From positions 4,180 to 68,179 of IMG/VR virus record IMGVR_UViG_3300037478_000343: 64,000 nt of DNA. One strand, 5' to 3'. The notes under the pieces were generated by a model. That model did no database searches. It was not told the origin of the DNA and saw only the letters and a program-made list of their open reading frames with translations. Both the position numbers and the translations under genes were made by a program. Shown here piece by piece: positions 18,281 to 24,836 of this stretch (the first letter of the stretch is position 1; each line of letters opens with the position of its first letter). The stretch comes from a virus.

Positions 18281-18946
18281 TTATGCCGCGATGTCTTGCA
18301 GTACGTCCCGGTCTGCATCGGATTTTATGGCCTTCTGGTCCACGAGGAGGGCGATTCCGTCTGCGGCGGTCTGTAGAATTGCTTCAGCCTCTTTCCGCTT
18401 GGACGGCCTCACATATCCGGCCTCCAGGATTAGCTTCCTCATGACCAGCTGCAGACGAGTATGTACGCCCGTCTCCCCCATCCAGTCATCGATCTGAGTG
18501 ATTTTGGCTCTGTTGCGCTCGGCCTTCAGCCTCTCTTTCTCGGCCCTATCACGGATCGCGGTCGACAGGGCGTCACGCAGGGACCGCTCCGAGCCGAACT
18601 CGCGCGGATCGAGGCCGAATTTCATGGAGCGCACGATGCGGCTCTTGAACTGAGCCCATGCCGGCATGCGGGTCTTCACGTTGGATATTTCGTGCTTTTC
18701 CTTGTAGCGATCCTCCGCGTAAGCGCATGCCCCGCGAAATACTACAAGCGCCTCTTTCAGGTTAGCACTGTCGTCGCAGGCTTTGGTTGCGAGCTTGTAG
18801 ATGTGGGACGCTACGCCCTCTCTCTTGGTGTCAAGCTCTGTTTGGACTTCCGCGTAGCCGCCATCGGCGAAGTAAGCTTCATCGAATCCATTGATGGCCG
18901 CGACCGCCGCTCGGCGCAGTTTTGCCGATATGGTGACTTCCTTCAT
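18281..18946 (-). CDS. hypothetical protein (221 aa)
   Basis: ORF track. AAGGAGG RBS upstream of the ATG at 18946. Confidence 0.55.
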   Translation of the reverse strand: MKEVTISAKLRRAAVAAINGFDEAYFADGGYAEVQTELDTKREGVASHIYKLATKACDDSANLKEALVVFRGACAYAEDRYKEKHEISNVKTRMPAWAQFKSRIVRSMKFGLDPREFGSERSLRDALSTAIRDRAEKERLKAERNRAKITQIDDWMGETGVHTRLQLVMRKLILEAGYVRPSKRKEAEAILQTAADGIALLVDQKAIKSDADRDVLQDIAA

Positions 18947-18961
18947 TTGTGGCCTCCTTGT

Positions 18962-18986
18962 ATGTTGTTAAACGCATCAACAACAT
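18962..18986. promoter_or_regulatory. perfect inverted repeat ATGTTGTT-N9-AACAACAT (operator-like) just upstream of the RBS of the 18946 gene
   Basis: Read directly from the sequence. 8-bp arms, 9-bp spacer, AT-rich. Not followed by a T-run on either strand. Confidence 0.3.
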
Positions 18987-19121
18987 AAGGAAAGAGGGGC
19001 CGCAAGTCAATATATTTTATGCGGATATCTTGGAGGGCGCGAGATTTGGTAGTCGGGGGTCTGGGACGGGGTTGACCGGTCAAACATAATGCGGCCAACC
19101 CCGCCAGCACTGCATGGGGCG

Positions 19122-19397
19122 CTAGAGCCCGAAGCGCACCCCACAGCTTACCTGGTTGAGCGAGTCCTCCTCATGGCTGGCGCCGAATGGCGGCCCCACA
19201 AGCAGGTGGGAAACGTGCTCATATTCGCATACGACGCGCTCAGAGACGGCCTTTTCAAGCCTCAGGGTAGCGGTAGGCCCCTGTCCGTAGAACCCCCCGT
19301 CGCGGACTTTTGTGCCTACCAGGGCGGTGGCGTTCATGTTTGCGCAGCCGGTGGTCAGCACTGCATAGAGCGCTATTGTTGTGTTGATCTTTTTCAT
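19122..19397 (-). CDS. lipoprotein (about 91 aa)
   Basis: MKKINTTIALYAVLTTGC... signal peptide with lipobox LTTGC. AAGGAG RBS. Start overlaps the stop of the upstream small ORF (TAATG). Confidence 0.55.
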   Translation of the reverse strand: MKKINTTIALYAVLTTGCANMNATALVGTKVRDGGFYGQGPTATLRLEKAVSERVVCEYEHVSHLLVGPPFGASHEEDSLNQVSCGVRFGL

Positions 19398-19561
19398 TAT
19401 GTATTTTCTCCTTCGGCTTCGTTCAACAATGCGGCGATTCGCACCGCGTCCGATTCGTGGCTGCACACTGCGATTGTGCGGTCCGTGTTTGAGTAGTCGT
19501 TATTGGCTCCCAGGACGTACCATCTGCTGCGTCCGAAGTAGTGTACTGTGTAGCGTTCCAT
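19397..19561 (-). CDS. small protein, 54 aa (MERYTVHYFGRSRWYVLGANNDYSNTDRTIAVCSHESDAVRIAALLNEAEGENT)
   Basis: Below the track cutoff; hand-translated. AGGAG RBS about 9 nt upstream. Protein-like composition. The track ORF in the other frame (19423..19674) looks like junk. Confidence 0.3.
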   Translation of the reverse strand: MERYTVHYFGRSRWYVLGANNDYSNTDRTIAVCSHESDAVRIAALLNEAEGENT

Positions 19562-19564
19562 AGT

Positions 19565-19741
19565 TCATTGCTCCTGTGTTTGGCGCGCCTCTTGGGGTGC
19601 TGGCCATAGGCGATTGAATGTTTCGCACGCCCTGTTATAGCAATCAGCGTCCCATTGCGAGAGGCTGCGTTCACGCATCAGGCGTTCTGCGGCGTCCCAT
19701 GCGGCGGCCATTGCGAGTTTGTGGGTTATGGTCATCATCAT
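19565..19741 (-). CDS. small protein, 58 aa (MMMTITHKLAMAAAWDAAERLMRERSLSQWDADCYNRACETFNRLWPAPQEARQTQEQ)
   Basis: Hand-translated. ATG overlaps the stop of the Cro-like gene (ATGA). Confidence 0.3.
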   Translation of the reverse strand: MMMTITHKLAMAAAWDAAERLMRERSLSQWDADCYNRACETFNRLWPAPQEARQTQEQ

Positions 19742-19938
19742 TGGTTTTTCCTCGGCAGTGATTCAAGCGCGAACTGCACGGTATACGGGAATGACCGTTG
19801 CCCCGACAGGTAGTAGCGCATGGCCCGCTCGGATATCCCGATCGCTCGAGCCGCGGCCCGTTGAGAGAGACCTGCGCCCTCAATGAGAGAGCGCAGGTAC
19901 TCGGGGGAGGGCTCATATTGACTAGGGTCAGGGCGCAT
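19738..19938 (-). CDS. XRE/Cro-like helix-turn-helix DNA-binding protein
   Basis: LSQRAAARAIGISERAMRYYLSGQRS is a typical XRE-family HTH. 66 aa. Confidence 0.7.
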   Translation of the reverse strand: MRPDPSQYEPSPEYLRSLIEGAGLSQRAAARAIGISERAMRYYLSGQRSFPYTVQFALESLPRKNQ

Positions 19939-20327
19939 TACAGCGGCACCGCCCAGCCTGACTCCTCGCCGCCCCAGGTGTTTGACTTGCCGTCAGCGCG
20001 GAATAGCTTTACGACTGTGCCGCGCGGATCGCCGCCGAGATTAACGCCGGTGACGCCTGGCAGAGTCTTTACCAGTTCCCTTACTCGGGCCTGACGCTGA
20101 TCTGTCTGGCGCTCTACGCGCTCCTGCCATCGGTCGTATATGTGGCCGGCCTCGGGATACGGGACGTTGTTCACCCAGTCTCCGGGCCCGTTGCATTCCT
20201 CCTCGGCGAGCCTCTGCAGGCTGGCAGCATGTCGCATTATCAGTGAGCATGTTTCAGCGTCGGCGCCAAAGCCTGAGAGGCCCAGTTCATGGGCCAATTC
20301 GCGGCCCTTGCGTGTAATCGTTGCCAT
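19938..20327 (-). CDS. hypothetical protein (129 aa)
   Basis: ORF track. GAGGAG RBS. Stop overlaps the start of the Cro-like gene. Confidence 0.5.
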   Translation of the reverse strand: MATITRKGRELAHELGLSGFGADAETCSLIMRHAASLQRLAEEECNGPGDWVNNVPYPEAGHIYDRWQERVERQTDQRQARVRELVKTLPGVTGVNLGGDPRGTVVKLFRADGKSNTWGGEESGWAVPL

Positions 20328-20409
20328 GTCGTTCTACTCCTCGTTGAGCCATAGCGTTATTGCTTGGCGTGATCTTCAAAATGGCCCATTGTGTGAGCCA
20401 TTCTGCAGG

Positions 20410-20625
20410 TCACTTGCGGCAATCCCAGCAGAGCGCATGCACCAGGGAGTGAGCCTCGCCGCACTTGGTACAATGTCCGACTGAGAACATGTTCCAGCGA
20501 ATGCCTATGCAGTCGGCCGGGTTGTCGGATTCAAGATCCTGTACGTTTCTCTGTATCTCGGCCGGGCTGGCGCCACGCCCCGCGGCTCGAGTGCGGGCTA
20601 GCATAATGGCTGCATCGTTGTTCAT
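20410..20625 (-). CDS. small Cys-rich (zinc-ribbon-like) protein (71 aa)
   Basis: C-terminal CTKCGEAHSLVHALCWDC. GAGGAA RBS. Confidence 0.45.
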   Translation of the reverse strand: MNNDAAIMLARTRAAGRGASPAEIQRNVQDLESDNPADCIGIRWNMFSVGHCTKCGEAHSLVHALCWDCRK

Positions 20626-20642
20626 GTCTGTATATTCCTCGC

Positions 20643-20975
20643 TTAGAACTGCTGATAAACAAAGCTACCTTCTGACGTGATGCCCACAAGGCTGGTATGG
20701 TCCTGCAGGTATTCGGCGACGGCATCTTTGATTTCGTCATCATCTTCGCAGTCGGAAATGTCGATGCTGTAGCTATCGGCAACGTCTTTTGGTGAGTCTT
20801 CCGAGAACTCGCAACATACGGCGATAACATCGAGCATTGGCCCGCCCTCTTCGGGGCAGCCAGTCTCTTCCAGATAGTCATATATCAGGCCAAGCGCCTC
20901 ATAGCTGAACTGATCCTCGCGGCCCATATCACGGAAGGCGTCGCGGAAGTCGGAAACGGTTACATTGGTTTTCAT
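20643..20975 (-). CDS. highly acidic protein (110 aa), weak ArdA-like resemblance
   Basis: About 30 % Asp/Glu. Segments DYLEETG and SDCEDDDEIKDAVAEYL recall the ArdA antirestriction motifs YYIEETG and DCDDMYDVARYY; weak, from memory. GAGGTGA RBS. Start overlaps the upstream stop. Confidence 0.5.
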   Translation of the reverse strand: MKTNVTVSDFRDAFRDMGREDQFSYEALGLIYDYLEETGCPEEGGPMLDVIAVCCEFSEDSPKDVADSYSIDISDCEDDDEIKDAVAEYLQDHTSLVGITSEGSFVYQQF

Positions 20976-21127
20976 TTCGTCACCTCAAAATGAGCAAAAT
21001 ATGCCCGGTAAGATTCTGGCGCGTCATCAATGCTTGCGAATTCTGCTACAAGGATGTCGCTCGGTTCGATCATTTCCGGCTCGCCCTGCTTGGCGGCCCT
21101 CTGGTGTAAGTATTCGTAATAGTCCAT
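20972..21127 (-). CDS. small acidic protein (about 51 aa; MDYYEYLHQRAAKQGEPEMIEPSDILVAEFASIDDAPESYRAYFAHFEVTK)
   Basis: Met-31 of track ORF 20972..21217 with a GTGAGG RBS. First gene of the leftward operon. Confidence 0.35.
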   Translation of the reverse strand: MDYYEYLHQRAAKQGEPEMIEPSDILVAEFASIDDAPESYRAYFAHFEVTK

Positions 21128-21331
21128 TGGTCGGTACCTCACTCTTGCGGTTGGTGTTGCGCCATAGCGGTATCGCTTGGCATATGTTGAGTATAGGCAC
21201 GTTGTGCCCAATGTCAAGCACTTTCTGCAAAAACCTTCAATTCACGCCGAAAACCGCGCCAACCAAGGGACAGCAGGGCGCCGATATGTTAGGATTTTGC
21301 GCTTACCTGATGGGATTTTCGAGGGCTCGGG

Positions 21332-21676
21332 ATGGGCGTAACGCAAGCAGTAAAGACCGCCCTTAGCACAGACATGCAGGCACTGCATGACGAGCTGCTA
21401 TCGGGCGCGCCGGACTTCCTCGACCTACCCGACAGACGCCGCAAGGAGCTTGAAAAGAACGTCATGCGGCGCGAGCGGGTGTTCTGGCTGCAGACGCGCA
21501 GGGTGATGAAGAATTTTGTATCCGAGGCCCTGGTGCGCCGGGCCATCTACGCCGAGGAGCGAGCCCACGATGCTGAAATGAGGCTCGGCGAGCTGGCCCT
21601 GATCTGCAACGGCATGAAGGACGAAGTAGACAGGCTGCAGGGTGAATTGACGAAACTTGCGAAGGGGATCAAGTGA
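21332..21676 (+). CDS. hypothetical coiled-coil protein (114 aa)
   Basis: ORF track. GAGGG RBS. Divergent from the leftward operon. Confidence 0.5.
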   Translation: MGVTQAVKTALSTDMQALHDELLSGAPDFLDLPDRRRKELEKNVMRRERVFWLQTRRVMKNFVSEALVRRAIYAEERAHDAEMRLGELALICNGMKDEVDRLQGELTKLAKGIK

Positions 21677-22245
21677 ACTTCCAGGACGGCACATTGAGCC
21701 GCCCCAGCCGTCGACGCTGGTTCGATTGGTACGGCCGCGAAGGTCGCCGCGTTCCCGTGTTCGGGCGCAAACTAATCGGCGATGGCGGATGCTCGTATCA
21801 TGTTGGCGGGCTGCGCGTACGCATCCGAGGTCGCAGCAATTTAGCCAACCCAAGCGGGCGGGTAATTGTGTCATTGGGGCGGTGGCAGTGGTTGCTGCTC
21901 CCTACGAAACGCTGATTTTGATGGTGCGGCCCGAAATGGATGCGACGTGCGCCGGCAGGCGGAAAGCATGCCCTCGGGCCTCTGCAACCCATAGCATCGG
22001 GGACTCACGGACCCCGGCCACCATCGAATGCAATTGAATGGCGCCTGACCCTCCTGGCGGCCCCAACCAAGCCTAGCGCAGCGACAGCCCGACCCCCACC
22101 ATAGAGGGATAACCCCCATACCCAACCCCTCCCGTATTATCCTCGCGTCTATCAGCGCTTCTCACTGCCCCGTGACTAACACCAGACCGAACACTAACAC
22201 CAGCCCCGTTAGTATCCATCCCGCTGTTACTGTCAGGGACAATAC

Positions 22246-22286
22246 GCAACCCAGCGGTTGCATATAAAGCGCAACCCCTAGGTTGC
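22246..22286. repeat. two adjacent 16-bp palindromes GCAACC-N4-GGTTGC (centres about 25 bp apart)
   Basis: Read directly: gcaacc-cagc-ggttgc and gcaacc-ccta-ggttgc, inside a 1.4-kb gene-free region. Confidence 0.6.
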
Positions 22287-22625
22287 ATGTCTATGCGCAA
22301 CTAAACAGAGCCCAACGCGCCATATTATCGGCCTATGCGCAATGATCCCGAGCGGGAGGAATCAGGCCTTATGCACCGTAGGGAGCTGATATGCTACCGA
22401 GCGGGAACGAAACCTCGGACAATAACGAAACCAGCTGAGGAAACGTAACACAGCCAGCCATACGCGCAACGAAACCTCGCGTATGACTGTGTTTTGATGC
22501 GCCACGCCAGGCCCAGCCACACACCCACACACCGGGACAAATACCTGTTTCTGACGCTTGTCCTCTCCGCCGGCTCCGCATGGCCGCACCCTCGAGCGCC
22601 TGCAGCTCAATGTCTATGCGGGTTA
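22287..22625. repeat. iteron-like short direct repeats (atgtctatgcg x2; tatgcgcaa x3; aacgaaacctcg x2)
   Basis: Read directly. Copies at about 22287/22609, 22292/22334/22460 and 22407/22468. Flanked downstream by AT-rich tracts at about 22800-22830 and 23020-23080. Confidence 0.45.
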
Positions 22626-23076
22626 CGCAACACCCCGACCCCATGGATGGCCGATCCCGTGGCCGGTAGTTGGTAGGTCAAGTGGGAAACGCGGGTCAGG
22701 GGGCAGGGCTGGGCGCTACCAGCTATCAACGGGTTGGCGCTGATACCTCGACATATGGCGAGTGGGCAATAGCATGCAGCGCTGTAGGCCGCATGGTTGT
22801 GCGGTTTATTACATAATAGTTATTATACGCACATGAGGGGAAACGTAGCGTATGTGGGGAATTGGGGCGATTGCTCATCCTGGCCGGCCCTGTCCGTAAG
22901 GGGCCCACGGCAGAGATGGGACCCGTCACCGCCACACAGGAAAGGCCATGCCGCTGAGAGATTCGGGTCCCATTGTCATGGTACCAAGTCTCTCTCGCAT
23001 ACGATTACGGAACTTTTGGAAAAGTGCCCTAAATTTTTTTGAAAAATATTAGGAAATTCAGTTACTAATTTGATGC

Positions 23077-23604
23077 TTACGCAAGGTCAATATAGGCTAG
23101 TGCGCGCTCCAAGCCCTCTCTAGAGTCTCCTAGGGCGGCGATGCCCAAGTTACACTTGTGGCAAAGCCACCCTCGGAATTGACCCGTTTCGTGACAGTGG
23201 TCTAGGCAAAGGTTTCTTTTTTTCGGTGGTCGGCCGCAGAGTTCGCAAAACCCAGGGTCCGCCCTTGTAGGCTTTGGAAGTCCCTGCCAACGTCGTGCCT
23301 GCTCTAACAGCGTTGTTCTGTTCTCGGTGGCGTACTTTCTCTTATGCGCTTTGTTAATTTTGTTCCAGCCGCGCCTTCTTGAAAGGATTCTTTCGTGGTT
23401 CGCATAGTAGTACACCTTTTCGCAGGCTCTGCACTTCGCTTGCAGGCCATCTTGCTTGGCGTTGTTCTTATTGAACTCTGACAGCGGCTTATCGCGCCTG
23501 CATGTCCGGCATTTCTTAGATTGATCGTTCACTAAAGTCCTTTTTGGTGAGGTGAAGCCACTCCTCTGAAGTTCACTGCCGATTATACCGAAAACCAGAT
23601 GCAT
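23077..23604 (-). CDS. endonuclease VII (T4 gp49-like) family nuclease
   Basis: CRTCRRDK...CRACEK...FCELCGRPPKKRNLCLDHCHETGQFRGWLCHKCNLGIAAL matches the Endo VII zinc-binding/HNH-like core. Visibly lower GC than its surroundings. Confidence 0.8.
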   Translation of the reverse strand: MHLVFGIIGSELQRSGFTSPKRTLVNDQSKKCRTCRRDKPLSEFNKNNAKQDGLQAKCRACEKVYYYANHERILSRRRGWNKINKAHKRKYATENRTTLLEQARRWQGLPKPTRADPGFCELCGRPPKKRNLCLDHCHETGQFRGWLCHKCNLGIAALGDSREGLERALAYIDLA

Positions 23605-23615
23605 GATTATACGCT

Positions 23616-23831
23616 TTGGCCTATATTTGTTTTGTGAAAAAAAATAGCCATCTCATTGCGCTCCTGTTGCTGTCCTTGGTAGTGTCGGGTTGTGCCTCAA
23701 AACTGAGCGCACCGCACCCACACGAGTTGGAGTACGAGAAATGCAAGATGCGCGGCGGCATTCTCATCACGACCGGGACCGCCGGCAGGCTCAGGACGGA
23801 GCCATGGACGGTACAGTGCGTTCGACGTTGA
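23616..23831 (+). CDS. possible small lipoprotein (start uncertain: TTG 23616 or GTG 23634)
   Basis: ...KKNSHLIALLLLSLVVSGCAS: signal peptide with lipobox VSGC. Overlaps an alternative-frame ORF. Confidence 0.3.
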   Translation: MAYICFVKKNSHLIALLLLSLVVSGCASKLSAPHPHELEYEKCKMRGGILITTGTAGRLRTEPWTVQCVRR

Positions 23832-24193
23832 AAGTCAGCGACGTTGAGCGCTGGGACTCCATGGTTGAGGACGAGGCGATTGATTTTTGCCGCTCGCTGT
23901 TCGTGGAGCGAGATGGACTTGCTAAGGCCCTGGCCGGCCGTCAGGGGACCAACATCAAAGCTTTCGGACACGTCAGGCCCTACGCGAACGAGGCTTCGCC
24001 AGCGCTGGCCCTGTCAGATTTCAAAGTGTCGTTCCTGACGTACGCTCGCTCACTGAACGCGACAGCAAAGAGCCACTATCTGTACTGGCGCAAGAAGCCG
24101 ACCATAGAGTTTATGAAGGACCGATTCATGCTGTCGGCGGTTGGGGTTCTGCTGACGAAAAAGAAACCACTGGTGAGTGGTAACATTGGTTAA
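23804..24193 (+). CDS. hypothetical protein (about 129 aa)
   Basis: Met-39 of track ORF 23690..24193. The downstream part is protein-like. Confidence 0.35.
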   Translation: MDGTVRSTLKVSDVERWDSMVEDEAIDFCRSLFVERDGLAKALAGRQGTNIKAFGHVRPYANEASPALALSDFKVSFLTYARSLNATAKSHYLYWRKKPTIEFMKDRFMLSAVGVLLTKKKPLVSGNIG

Positions 24194-24220
24194 CGCAAAA
24201 CCACAACTGAGGACATTCTA

Positions 24221-24361
24221 GTGGAAATTGTACTGTTTTTCATATTTGCCGGCGCGCTGGCGTGGGGAGTCTCCAGGCTCACCGAGTCGTCGTACGATGA
24301 TGACTACGATGATGATGACGGGGAATACGGGGACTATCCTCCAGACGACTGGAAGGAATAA
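24221..24361 (+). CDS. small protein with N-terminal TM segment and acidic tail (46 aa)
   Basis: Hand-translated (VEIVLFFIFAGALAWGVSRLTESSYDDDYDDDDGEYGDYPPDDWKE). GAGGA RBS. GTG start. Confidence 0.25.
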   Translation: MEIVLFFIFAGALAWGVSRLTESSYDDDYDDDDGEYGDYPPDDWKE

Positions 24362-24363
24362 GG

Positions 24364-24519
24364 GTGACCGGTCAACCTCCATTCTGTGACATCCCAGACG
24401 ACGAAGATGAGTGGGACGAGACATTGGAGGATGACATGCCGGACGACGGTATGGGGTTCGGGATCATTGATGACGACGAGGACCTCACCGCATACCTGCC
24501 GAAGCTAGATCTGGAATAG
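24364..24519 (+). CDS. small highly acidic protein (51 aa)
   Basis: Hand-translated (VTGQPPFCDIPDDEDEWDETLEDDMPDDGMGFGIIDDDEDLTAYLPKLDLE). GGAAGGA RBS. GTG start. Confidence 0.25.
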   Translation: MTGQPPFCDIPDDEDEWDETLEDDMPDDGMGFGIIDDDEDLTAYLPKLDLE

Positions 24520-24608
24520 CTCGCTGCCGAACCGAAGTCCGACCGGATGCAGGCGCGCCGCCTCCGGTGCTAAACTGCGGGGATATAAGAAAACCCCAAG
24601 GTTTCCCC

Positions 24609-24836
24609 GTGATTCAAGCCGTGACAGAAGCCGCTTCCCGGTTTCGTAAAAAGTACACCCTTGTCATTCTCATGTTCGTGAGCGGCACCACGCTTGCGTT
24701 CCTTCAGACATGGACGGCCGAGGATTACCGCTGGTTCTGCATCGTGCTGCTGGCGATCTTCGGGCCCATGGACCTGGCAGACAACGGCACCCTGCCGTGG
24801 GGCAACTCGAAGAGCAAGGAAGCACCAAAAGCATGA
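24609..24836 (+). CDS. small membrane protein (about 75 aa, two hydrophobic segments)
   Basis: Within track ORF 24567..24836. GTG start chosen so the first TM is included. Stop overlaps the next ATG (ATGA). Confidence 0.3.
   Translation: MIQAVTEAASRFRKKYTLVILMFVSGTTLAFLQTWTAEDYRWFCIVLLAIFGPMDLADNGTLPWGNSKSKEAPKA

Noticed and set aside
21657-23042. Short ORFs (60-126 aa) within the 1.4-kb repeat region
   Set aside because: Extremely Arg/Pro/Gly/Trp-rich with no RBS, overlapping on both strands. The region is better explained as non-coding regulatory, origin or terminus DNA.
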